Positions 1-7,683 are shown, counted from the stretch's first letter. The stretch is 17,644 nt of DNA from Dickeya dadantii NCPPB 898 (GCF_000406145.1 NZ_CM001976.1:1797217-1814860), one strand, 5' to 3'. Numbers and translations: made by a program. Notes: generated by a model not told the origin, from the sequence alone.

Positions 1-1
1 G

Positions 2-1438
2 CTGACGCTGACCCAGGACGCGGCAGGCCGGGAGTCGCTCCGCACCGGCGGCGGCTTTGTCCAGCAGCGGGAATACGACGTGATGGGCTGGCTGACGCGG
101 GAGCAGAGCGGCGCGCAGCACGACGGCCACCTGCTGGCAGCACAGACACGGGAATACCGTTACGACGGCGCCGGCAACCTGACCGGGGTGCGTCACAACC
201 GCGACGCCGAAGGTTATCGTCTGGACGCCACCGGCCGGGTGCAGGCAGTGCTGAGCGGCGGGGCGGGCAAACCGGTGGACACCACCACCCGCTTCCACTA
301 CACCCGCAGCGGGCTGCCGCAGGAGGCAGGCCGCCTCACCGAGTGGCAGGCCGGCAGACTGGTTCAGCACGACGACACCCACTACCAGTACGACAGGGCC
401 GGACGGCTTATCCGTAAACAGGTGGTGCAGCCGGGCTACCGTCCGCAGGTGTGGCAGTACCGCTGGGACAGCCGCAACCAGCTGCGGGTGGTGGATACCC
501 CGAGCGGCGAGCGCTGGCTGTACCGTTACGACCCGTTCGGTCGCCGGGTGGGCAAACGCTGTGACCAGAAAGCCGAAGAGACCCGCTATCTGTGGGACGG
601 CGACCAGATAGCGGAAATCCGCCACTACCGCCACGGCCAGCTGATACAGCGTCGTCACTGGGTGTACAACGGCTGGGAGCTGGTGGTGCAGCAGCGCCAG
701 CATCCCGGCGGCGACTGGGAAACGGATTTTGTGACCAGCAGCCAGAACGGTGCGCCGCAGGCGCTGTTCGCGCAGGACGGCACCCTGCGCTGGCAGGCGC
801 CGAAGGCCACGCTGTGGGGCCAGCGGCAGGCAGAAAAATCGGAAAGTCCGGACCCGGGTCTGGCCTTCGCCGGGCAGCTCCGTGACAGTGAAAGCGGGCT
901 GTGCTATAACCGCTTCCGGTACTACGACCCGGCCGGTGGGTGTTATGTCTCGCCAGACCCGATAGGGGTGTTGGGCGGGGAAAATAACTACGCTTACGCG
1001 CCGAATCCGATTACGTGGATCGACCCGCTGGGGCTGGCAAAGTGTCCCACGATTACTCGTGGTGCAAATGGTGAGATTGCGTCAGCACGAGCTACCGTAT
1101 CGGCAGCAGACCTAAAAACAGGCACAGCGGTAAACTCCAGCGCAAGGGATGCCATTAAAGCTATAGGTCTTCCCGGGGATGATGCTGGTCATATACTTGG
1201 TAAGGTGCTCGGTGGTCAGGGTGGAAAGGGTAACCTGTTTCCTCAGCTCTCAAAAATAAATCGTGGCGATTATAGAATGTTTGAAAAATCGGTCAGAGAC
1301 TATATTAGTCAACACGGTGCGGTAGATATTGAGTGGACGTTTAAATATGCTAACGGTGGATTGCGACCCACAGGGGTTCAATATGATGTCTATCAAAATG
1401 GCACTAAGATATTAGGCGACTTCTTTAGGAATATATGA
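2..1438 (+). CDS. Rhs/YD-repeat polymorphic toxin, C-terminal part (5' end lies upstream of the window); tip is an EssD/YeeF-like (Endonuclease_NS_2-type) nuclease
   Basis: The frame is open from base 2, with no stop before the GTG/ATG at 80-85. YD repeats are present (YRYDGAGNL, YQYDRAGRL, YRYDPFGRR). The RHS-associated core is GLCYNRFRYYDPAGGCYVSPDPIG. The core-terminating motif is PNPITWIDPLGL (DPLGL = 1022-1036). The 133 aa after it carry DDAGHILGKVLGG..NLFPQLSKINRG, matching the EssD/YeeF nuclease active-site pattern as I recall it. G+C drops sharply after 1036. Confidence 0.9.
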   Translation: MTLTQDAAGRESLRTGGGFVQQREYDVMGWLTREQSGAQHDGHLLAAQTREYRYDGAGNLTGVRHNRDAEGYRLDATGRVQAVLSGGAGKPVDTTTRFHYTRSGLPQEAGRLTEWQAGRLVQHDDTHYQYDRAGRLIRKQVVQPGYRPQVWQYRWDSRNQLRVVDTPSGERWLYRYDPFGRRVGKRCDQKAEETRYLWDGDQIAEIRHYRHGQLIQRRHWVYNGWELVVQQRQHPGGDWETDFVTSSQNGAPQALFAQDGTLRWQAPKATLWGQRQAEKSESPDPGLAFAGQLRDSESGLCYNRFRYYDPAGGCYVSPDPIGVLGGENNYAYAPNPITWIDPLGLAKCPTITRGANGEIASARATVSAADLKTGTAVNSSARDAIKAIGLPGDDAGHILGKVLGGQGGKGNLFPQLSKINRGDYRMFEKSVRDYISQHGAVDIEWTFKYANGGLRPTGVQYDVYQNGTKILGDFFRNI

Positions 1439-1845
1439 TGAATACATCAAGTGAGCCGACTGACGTATTATTGGGTTTTTTTTCTGCCATGAATAAGTGG
1501 GAAAAAGGCAATTACCTCCCCATGAGAGAGGGCGGTCTTGAGGAACAAAAGAAAGCACAGGATGAGATAGATGCTATCTTCCTGACATTTTGCACAATCA
1601 GAGATAGAAAAATAGGCAGACAAGCATCATTACATTGCGGAGAACCGCCTGAATATGATGTTGATAACCAACCTATTGGGAGTATTGAAACAAAAGGTAA
1701 GAAAGTAGTTATTTATACTGAGCAACTAAATAGATTGAAAAACAAATATCGTTACACACTTCATTATAAAAATGATGAGTGGCGCATTGATAAGAAAGAA
1801 CGATTTAGCCCAGTTGAAGATAAATGGATAAAAGATAGTTTGTAG
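1435..1845 (+). CDS. Putative cognate immunity protein of the Rhs nuclease tip (possibly NTF2-fold / RhsIA-like)
   Basis: Its ATG overlaps the toxin stop (ATGA at 1435-1438; a second ATG is at 1438). It is AT-rich like the toxin tip and sits immediately downstream of a polymorphic toxin. The C-terminal YRYTLHYKNDEWRIDKKERF resembles NTF2-fold immunity proteins from memory only. A terminator follows. Confidence 0.7.
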   Translation: MMNTSSEPTDVLLGFFSAMNKWEKGNYLPMREGGLEEQKKAQDEIDAIFLTFCTIRDRKIGRQASLHCGEPPEYDVDNQPIGSIETKGKKVVIYTEQLNRLKNKYRYTLHYKNDEWRIDKKERFSPVEDKWIKDSL

Positions 1846-1856
1846 GGATATAAAAT

Positions 1857-1897
1857 AACCGAAGGTGATCCCAATGATCCTTTCGGTTTTATTTTAT
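1857..1897 (+). terminator. Rho-independent terminator after the immunity gene
   Basis: AACCGAAGG (1857-1865) pairs with CCTTTCGGTT (1879-1888) with one bulged T, followed by TTTTATTTTA. A second 7-bp hairpin, AGCCGCT/AGCGGCT, lies at 1899-1919. Confidence 0.65.
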
Positions 1898-1954
1898 CAG
1901 CCGCTCATTCGCAGCGGCTTACAAATGAGTTTCTCCCGCCAAATCCTGCCCACT

Positions 1955-2455
1955 TTGAAAAACCGTTAACCACCGTGCCATGGCCTGATCATCGAACGAG
2001 GCGACGCTGAAGGACGCACCCGGTAGTTACGACGTTACAAGATGCAGAACCGGACGGTGTAGTGGCCGCTTGTGGACAGCCACCACTGGCAGTGGTGGCT
2101 GGGTGCCGACGGGCGGGTCATCCGCGAGCGCGACATTTGGTCCGGAGTGTGTAAAAACGCAGTCAATCAGTAGCAACGTACGGGTCAAACACTCATACGA
2201 TAACGCCCTGGCGGAAGAAAGTACGGCTTATACAAGACCGAAGTGATCCATCACCACGACCCCTGGCAAGGCCTGGGTGCGGTTCAATGCGCTACTCAGG
2301 AATGGATGGACTGGTTCAACAAGCGCCGTTTGCCGGAACCGATCGGTAACATCCCATGACAGAACGGGTAAAGGAGCACCACCGCAAGCTGAGTGAGTCA
2401 GGTGGGGCTGTCTGACTCAGACAAAAACCATCTCCGAAAAAACCAGGGCTGTTCA
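1955..2455 (+). mobile_element. Decayed IS3-family transposase (OrfB) remnant, 5'-truncated, with frameshifts and internal deletion
   Basis: 2194-2218 reads SYDNALAE. After a frameshift, 2225-2356 reads GLYKTEVIHHHDPWQGLGAVQCATQEWMDWFNKRRLPEPIGNIP, then a stop. This matches the C-terminal DDE-integrase region of one IS3 subgroup (..YDNALAE..LYK.EVI....W.....ATLEWVDWFN.RRL.EPIGNIPP..), recalled from memory. Upstream, 2057-2218 is one open frame with a ..GSGGW.. to ..SYDNA spacing far too short for an intact core. There is no orfA and no left end. The left boundary is uncertain. Confidence 0.6.
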
Positions 2456-4465
2456 CAGTTCTATTTCAACGTGCTCATCCACAGGGACAGCACAGCAGAT
2501 CAGCACCTCGCCTTTGGCCGGAGTGATCACCGGCTGGCGTGAGTAGTGCACACGTCCGGAAATCAGCCGGGTGGCGCACGAACCACATTTGCCCGAGCGG
2601 CAGTTGTAGCTGGGCCTCAGGCCAGCGGCTTCTGCGGCGTCCAAAAGCGTACCGCTCTGATTCGTCCATTCGGTTTGGACTTCCGAGCGGGCAAAAGTGA
2701 TCTGTGCACACGCAGGAAGTCTTGCCGCCGGGAACACCTTCTCGGGTTCACCGAGCACGCCGGCACCGAAGAACTCGTAGTGGATATGTGAACGGTCTAC
2801 GCCAATTTCGCGTAACCCCGAATAAAGCGATCGCATGAAACTTTCAGGCCCGCACAAGTAAAACTGGTAACCGCCAAACGGCAGCAGCCTGGCGAGAGCG
2901 TCCATACTGAGCCGCGCCTCAGTGTCGTGCGTATCCCCCAGGTTGTCATCCGGGCCAGGAGCACTATATGCAGTGAAGAGATGTAGCCAGTCGTATCTGT
3001 GGGCCATAGCCTTGAGTTCGCGACGGAACGCATGGCTGGCACTGTTCTGCGTCGCATGGACGAAGTAAACCATGCGTTGAGGTGCCCCTTTTTTAAGGGC
3101 AGTTATCTGCGCATCAAGCATGGCCATCATGGGTGTTATACCTACGCCACCGGAAAGCATGACGATGGGCTGGGTGCCATCATCCAGAACGAAATTGCCC
3201 GCGGGTGACCCTACCTCGACGATATCTCCATTTTCACAATGGTCGTGCAGCAGCCGGGACATCAACCCGAAATCTTCTCGCTTGACCGAGATGCGATAGT
3301 TCTGCCCGTTTGGTCCTTGCGAAAGTGTGTAACTACGCTGAATGACTTCGTCATTTCTCTGAAGCCGTATCGGCAGGAACTGTCCCGCTAAATGCCTTTC
3401 AACTGGACCACCGTCAGCGGGTACAAGATAGAAAGAGGTGATGTTATCGCTCTCTTTAAGCTTCGAAGCGATCTGAAAACGCCTGTAGCCACCCGTTTTG
3501 AGTACGGCCAGACGCGCCTCATTCCAGGTTCCAGTGGCACCAAGCCCGGGCCATTGCTCGGATATCGTCCCGATAACCGGCAGCGCGGCACTGGCATGCC
3601 AGATTTCTTCTGGCATCACGTCCACGATACGCTCGGCACCTTCGAACGACTTAATGCGCTCGGGATTCCAGTCGATGGAACCGCGCCCAGTAAGCACTAT
3701 TGCCTCACCCGTTTCGAAATCCGGAACGAACAGACCGACCCGTCCGTCGCTCTCAATGTTACCTAGTGTATTGAAAAAGCGATTGCCGGAAAAATCGGGA
3801 AAGGAGAGCGTGCCGTCTCCGTTGATACCGAGAAATCCCGGACGCCCTCCTCGGTGCGATGCATCGACTCCGGCGCTTCCACCATCCAGTGGTCCAGCCG
3901 CACGGGAGGCAATAAAAAACGTGTCAGCGGCCTCAATAATCCGACGAACCTCCGGATCAGTTATGCTGCCGCGCCGGCGGCTCACAGCCAACGGCTCGTC
4001 CTGGCCAGGGGGCAGATGTCGAGTCTGAATGTATTGCGGACAGTTTCCGAAGCTCTGGTCGACCAGGATGGTCATTTTACCAGCCGAGGCATGTTGTATC
4101 CGGCCATTCAGCCGATTGCGACGTCTGCTGGCCAGATCAATCCCGAGCACGCCAACACTGGCACCGGGTGACCGATCCAGGCCGAGTTCACACGAAAGAA
4201 CCGGGTCCCGATGAATTTCGAGTGTATCCGGAGTGGGGGAAACCAGGAAACCTCGTGGCCCGAGAGCCGGAACGCACCATGGCCGGCCGGCTGAATCGAG
4301 CAGCCCCAGAAACAGCATCTGAAGATTTTCAAAGAAGTCACGATGTTGCTGTGGCATCTCTGAGCGCACAAAGTCTTCCGACTGCTTAAGCCACTCACCT
4401 GAAATTTCGGCACGCGCCTGTACTGCGCGTTCACCGTCATGGAAAACACTGCGTGTCGGCTGCAT
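2453..4465 (-). CDS. Multidomain flavoprotein: N-terminal PNPOx-like FMN-binding (split-barrel) region + FNR-type FAD/NAD(P)H reductase + C-terminal plant-type 2Fe-2S ferredoxin
   Basis: A 670-aa ORF with RBS GGGAGGGG 5 nt upstream of the ATG. Motifs: RSYTLS (FAD-binding RxYS/T), LSGGVGITP (NAD(P)H-binding GGxGxxP), and CRSGKCGSCATRL with a later CC (2Fe-2S ligands). The N-terminal ~310 aa resemble PNPOx-family proteins, possibly two copies of the domain. Confidence 0.88.
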   Translation of the reverse strand: MQPTRSVFHDGERAVQARAEISGEWLKQSEDFVRSEMPQQHRDFFENLQMLFLGLLDSAGRPWCVPALGPRGFLVSPTPDTLEIHRDPVLSCELGLDRSPGASVGVLGIDLASRRRNRLNGRIQHASAGKMTILVDQSFGNCPQYIQTRHLPPGQDEPLAVSRRRGSITDPEVRRIIEAADTFFIASRAAGPLDGGSAGVDASHRGGRPGFLGINGDGTLSFPDFSGNRFFNTLGNIESDGRVGLFVPDFETGEAIVLTGRGSIDWNPERIKSFEGAERIVDVMPEEIWHASAALPVIGTISEQWPGLGATGTWNEARLAVLKTGGYRRFQIASKLKESDNITSFYLVPADGGPVERHLAGQFLPIRLQRNDEVIQRSYTLSQGPNGQNYRISVKREDFGLMSRLLHDHCENGDIVEVGSPAGNFVLDDGTQPIVMLSGGVGITPMMAMLDAQITALKKGAPQRMVYFVHATQNSASHAFRRELKAMAHRYDWLHLFTAYSAPGPDDNLGDTHDTEARLSMDALARLLPFGGYQFYLCGPESFMRSLYSGLREIGVDRSHIHYEFFGAGVLGEPEKVFPAARLPACAQITFARSEVQTEWTNQSGTLLDAAEAAGLRPSYNCRSGKCGSCATRLISGRVHYSRQPVITPAKGEVLICCAVPVDEHVEIEL

Positions 4466-4778
4466 GGGGCCCCTCCCGGGGTCATTTACCGCTGCTGGAA
4501 GACCAGAACCCGCTACGATGAAGCGAAAGATTTGCTGGCACCTGAAGCGCGAAAGTCGCCTTTACCGAAGGCATAAAAAGCCTGTCGAATGCTTCAGGGC
4601 GTGAAGCGGACAATTTCATATCCCGTAACTTAATTTAATTCCGGCAACTGAGTAGCTCAGCCTTTGCATCTGAGCAATATAACTAACGGGGCGGCGACCG
4701 CCTGAGCAATCGCCGCCAGGAACTTTACCCTGATAAAGCATCACAGCAATGCCCCCGGCACAGGACGCCAGAAATTAC

Positions 4779-5171
4779 TCAACCAGGGTAATAGAATTCA
4801 ATTCGTATACCACTCGGCTCATAGCACATCATGTGCATGGACGGCCCCTCGCGTATCAAGGTAGGTTCGAATTCAATTTCGACCTGATTTGCCTTCAACA
4901 CGTCAAGAATCTGATACAGACCATCTTTGGTCTCTACCAGCAAGGCCAGGTGATGGAGTCCGACATTGTTTTTGCGATTGAACTGAACAGGCTCCTCTGT
5001 TTGCGTTTTCCAGAGTGTGAGCATCACTGCCCCGTCTTTCACAAAGATGGCCGGATAGTCTTCGCGTCGTTTAACTTCCTGCCAGCCCAGTAAATCAGTG
5101 AAGAACGCCGCGCTCTCTTCAAGATTTGATACGGCTAAGCCAATATGTTGTACACCATGAGTCACTGCCAT
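4779..5171 (-). CDS. VOC-family (glyoxalase/bleomycin-resistance/dioxygenase fold) protein
   Basis: A 130-aa ORF. The N-terminus VQHIGLAVSNLEESAAFFTDLLGW and the later HHLALLV are typical of paired beta-alpha-beta-beta-beta VOC modules. RBS AGAGGA lies upstream of the ATG at 5171. Confidence 0.85.
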   Translation of the reverse strand: MAVTHGVQHIGLAVSNLEESAAFFTDLLGWQEVKRREDYPAIFVKDGAVMLTLWKTQTEEPVQFNRKNNVGLHHLALLVETKDGLYQILDVLKANQVEIEFEPTLIREGPSMHMMCYEPSGIRIEFYYPG

Positions 5172-5314
5172 CGTTCCTGTCCTCTTTCTGAAAGGCTTTG
5201 TTCAGGGATGATTGCCCTTCGGCAAGCATACCCGCAGTATGTGAAATCTGTTTTTACGTCAGGAAAGCCATACCTACGTAAAAACATATTTTTTTCAATC
5301 AATTAAATAAACCA

Positions 5315-5473
5315 TTAGCCCGCAAAACCGTGCAGCATCAGCAGGACCGGCGATGCCGGATCGCCGGCCTCACGGTAAAAAACATTAACGTCGCCTGCCT
5401 GCTTATGGTGGTAATGCACCTGTGTGGCAGGTGTGTTATCTGCTGTTGATAACTCCGAATATGAAGACGTCAT
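5315..5473 (-). pseudogene. N-terminal stub (52 codons) of an alpha/beta-hydrolase (epoxide-hydrolase/haloalkane-dehalogenase-like)
   Basis: My own translation (below the track cutoff) gives MTSSYSELSTADNTPATQVHYHHKQAGDVNVFYREAGDPASPVLLMLHGFAG*. The pattern ..FYREAG....P.LLLLHGFP is the conserved start of this hydrolase family. The frame stops directly after the HGF oxyanion-loop motif, and unrelated AT-rich DNA follows. Confidence 0.55.
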
Positions 5474-5563
5474 AGCACCCCTTGTAACCGTTAAAATGTG
5501 GAATTGAAGGTTACATGTTATTATGGTAACCTGTCAAAATGATTTTACAAGTTACGGTTGTGT

Positions 5564-6139
5564 ATGGAATTTAAACATCTTGCATCTCAGCCTCTCTTTC
5601 TGGCCGATAACCTCGCGCTGGATTTCATCAACAGTGAATACGGGACAGGTGATGAGCGTCATGAGTGTTTTGACGACGATCTCTGCGTCCTGGAGTGGCT
5701 GGAAACGGCGGGTCTTTTACCGAAAAGCACGGAGGCCCCTCCCGGGTTACTGACTGAAGCCCGCCAATTCCGTGAGGCCGCCAGGGCAGTGGTGCATGCT
5801 GCTATGGAGTCCGTTGCAGCTGACCTGACTGTAGTTAACAGAATACTCAGGGACGGAAAGCCCGAGACGAGGCTGCAATGGGATGAAGGGACACAGCGAT
5901 ACCGTGTTGATGTTCGTTCAGGCACGCACAGCGCCGCCAGCCTTCTCTGGCCTGTTGCCGACGAGTTGGTGAAACTGATTACTGACGACAAATTTGAATA
6001 TGTGCGTCAGTGCGAAGCCCATAACTGTATTCTGCTTTTTCACGATTTGAGTAAATCGCATCGCCGTCGGTGGTGCAGCATGGCGACCTGCGGTAATCGT
6101 ATGAAAGTCGCGGCGTTCCGGAACAGGAAGAATTCGTAA
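5564..6139 (+). CDS. CGNR zinc-finger / ABATE-domain protein (putative transcription regulator)
   Basis: The C-terminus HRRRWCSMATCGNRMKVAAFRNR is the zf-CGNR signature. The N-terminus ..LADNLALDFINS.. is typical of the ABATE domain. The track starts at TTG 5558; ATG 5564 (MEFKHL..) is the more likely start. Confidence 0.85.
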   Translation: MEFKHLASQPLFLADNLALDFINSEYGTGDERHECFDDDLCVLEWLETAGLLPKSTEAPPGLLTEARQFREAARAVVHAAMESVAADLTVVNRILRDGKPETRLQWDEGTQRYRVDVRSGTHSAASLLWPVADELVKLITDDKFEYVRQCEAHNCILLFHDLSKSHRRRWCSMATCGNRMKVAAFRNRKNS

Positions 6140-6224
6140 CGACGCCAGTTCCCTCCACACGGTTGCAACTCCGTGCAGCCCGCCACGTTTGCTTCAGTAG
6201 GAAAAGGGCAGACGGCGTCCGGAT

Positions 6225-6253
6225 CCGGGTGCCACTTAAGCCCACCCGGTTTT
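6225..6253 (+). terminator. Rho-independent terminator after the CGNR gene
   Basis: A perfect 7-bp stem, CCGGGTG (6225-6231) / CACCCGG (6243-6249), with an 11-nt loop, followed by TTTT (6250-6253). Confidence 0.6.
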
Positions 6254-6493
6254 CAGCCGTACAGACCGTATGATTTTTACAGATTTTTTTGACCTGCCCC
6301 TCCCGAATGCAGCCTCCATCCTTCACACTGAGAACGTACGGAACGCCCCGCCGGACATCGGGTTTTCGTTCCTGCACGCTACAGCGTTATACAATTTTTT
6401 TGCCCAGACAGCATTTTGTTATTGATTCTTAAAAATTTTATAAATGCATCCTGACGGTACGCAAAAAAGATTATCGACTAACACTTGACGGAG

Positions 6494-6511
6494 GTAGAAC
6501 GATCATTCTAC
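6494..6511. promoter_or_regulatory. Near-perfect 18-bp palindrome; candidate TetR operator
   Basis: GTAGAACGATCATTCTAC is self-complementary at 16 of 18 positions. It lies 10 nt upstream of the TetR ATG (6521) and directly after a TTGACG hexamer (6485-6490). Confidence 0.35.
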
Positions 6512-6520
6512 CATTATCTC

Positions 6521-7087
6521 ATGAACAGAAACACGACAAACACGCGGGAGAAAATTCTCGCAACCGCAGAAGAACTCATCTACCAGAACGGTATTCATGC
6601 GACCGGCATGGACCTCCTGGTGAAGACTTCAGGTGTGGCACGGAAAAGTATTTATCACCATTTCGCGAACAAGGACGAGGTAGCCGCCGCGGCGCTGAAT
6701 GCACGTGATGTGCGCTGGATGGAATGGTTCAGGACCGAATGTGACAAAGCGGATACGCCGCGGGATCGCATCCTGAATGTGTTCACCGTGCTTAAAGGCT
6801 GGTTCGAGTCGGAGGGATATCGCGGATGCGCGTTTATCAACACGGCAGGCGAAGTGGGGGATCCTTCTGATCCGGTTCGTCAGATAGCCAGCGTGCACAA
6901 ACAGAAGCTGCTGGACTACGTGCTTGAGCTTACCGGCCAGCTGAATACAGCGCAGGCGTTACCTCTGGCCCGGCAGCTACTGATACTGATTGAAGGCGCC
7001 ATCACTATGTCGCGCGTCATGGGCGATTACAGCGCCGCCGATGATGCAAGAGATGTCGCTCAGCTGTTACTGAAACAGATCCCATAG
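6521..7087 (+). CDS. TetR/AcrR-family transcriptional regulator
   Basis: The N-terminal HTH REKILATAEELIYQNGIHATGMDLLVKTSGVARKSIYHHFANKDEV is the TetR_N signature. The track start (TTG 6485) is 12 codons upstream of the more plausible ATG at 6521. Confidence 0.85.
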   Translation: MNRNTTNTREKILATAEELIYQNGIHATGMDLLVKTSGVARKSIYHHFANKDEVAAAALNARDVRWMEWFRTECDKADTPRDRILNVFTVLKGWFESEGYRGCAFINTAGEVGDPSDPVRQIASVHKQKLLDYVLELTGQLNTAQALPLARQLLILIEGAITMSRVMGDYSAADDARDVAQLLLKQIP

Positions 7088-7150
7088 CAGGGGCTGAGTT
7101 CCAAAGAGAAAACACTAACTGAAGTATCCAATTATCCTGGAGGCACCACC

Positions 7151-7627
7151 ATGTCCGATTCACAAATCCGTCCGCCACTGCCGCCGTTCACCCGCGAGTC
7201 AGCGCTTGAGAAAGTAAGACTTGCCGAAGATGGCTGGAACACCCGCGATGCCGATAAAGTGTCGCTCGCTTACTCTCTGGACACCAAATGGCGTAACCGC
7301 GCAGAGTTTGCAAATAATCGAGAAGAGGCCCGGGGTTTCCTCGAGCGCAAGTGGAAAAAAGAGCTGGAGTACCGTCTTATCAAGGAACTGTGGGCCTTTG
7401 ACGGTGACCGCATTGCTGTCCGGTACGCTTACGAGTGGCGCGATGACTCCGGTAACTGGTTCCGTTCTTACGGGAACGAAAACTGGGAATTTGGTGAAGA
7501 CGGGCTGATGCATCACCGCTACGCATGTATCAATGACATGCCGATTAAAGAAAGTGAGCGCAAGTTCCACTGGCCTCTGGGGCGCCGTCCTGACGATTAT
7601 CCAAGCCTGTCTGACCTGGGTCTGTAA
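7151..7627 (+). CDS. DUF1348 / SnoaL-like NTF2-fold protein
   Basis: A 158-aa ORF with RBS GGAGG upstream. The sequence ..[36 protein letters not shown].. matches the DUF1348 family as I recall it. That family is commonly found next to TetR genes. Confidence 0.78.
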   Translation: MSDSQIRPPLPPFTRESALEKVRLAEDGWNTRDADKVSLAYSLDTKWRNRAEFANNREEARGFLERKWKKELEYRLIKELWAFDGDRIAVRYAYEWRDDSGNWFRSYGNENWEFGEDGLMHHRYACINDMPIKESERKFHWPLGRRPDDYPSLSDLGL

Positions 7628-7650
7628 TTCATTGAGTTACCCCGCGTAAC

Positions 7651-7683
7651 GCCCGCGACTACTGTCCTGGTCGGGGCTTTACT
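7651..7683 (+). terminator. Possible terminator after the DUF1348 gene
   Basis: GCCC(G)CGAC (7651-7659) pairs with GTCGGGGC (7670-7677): 8 bp with one bulge, followed by TTTACT. The T-tract is weak. Confidence 0.4.

Noticed and set aside
592-965. Track ORFs 592..885 and 750..965 overlap the rhs frame.
   Set aside because: They are out-of-frame shadow ORFs inside very GC-rich coding DNA. Their products are Arg/Pro/Ala-rich and low-complexity, with no independent signals.
2475-4485. Many 60-176 aa ORFs on both strands lie inside the 670-aa flavoprotein gene (for example 3498..4028, 3392..3766 and 4108..4485).
   Set aside because: All are nested in or antisense to a long ORF that has clear domain motifs. 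None has a recognisable motif or RBS.
4482-4619. A 45-codon minus-strand ORF (MKLSASRPEAFDRLF...) ends 17 nt upstream of the flavoprotein ATG. It could be a leader peptide or a small protein.
   Set aside because: It has no convincing RBS and no recognisable features, and it sits in a 313-nt spacer of unknown origin. One reading frame alone cannot support it.
6290-6320. TGACCTGCCCCTCCC... looks like an IS3/IS407-type terminal inverted repeat, possibly a solo IS end.
   Set aside because: The call rests only on my imperfect memory of IS407-like ends. No transposase coding signal follows. It needs an ISfinder search before being called.
5979-6377. A 132-aa minus-strand ORF.
   Set aside because: It overlaps the 3' end of the CGNR gene and its terminator hairpin. 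It has no family resemblance and odd composition, so it is probably spurious.
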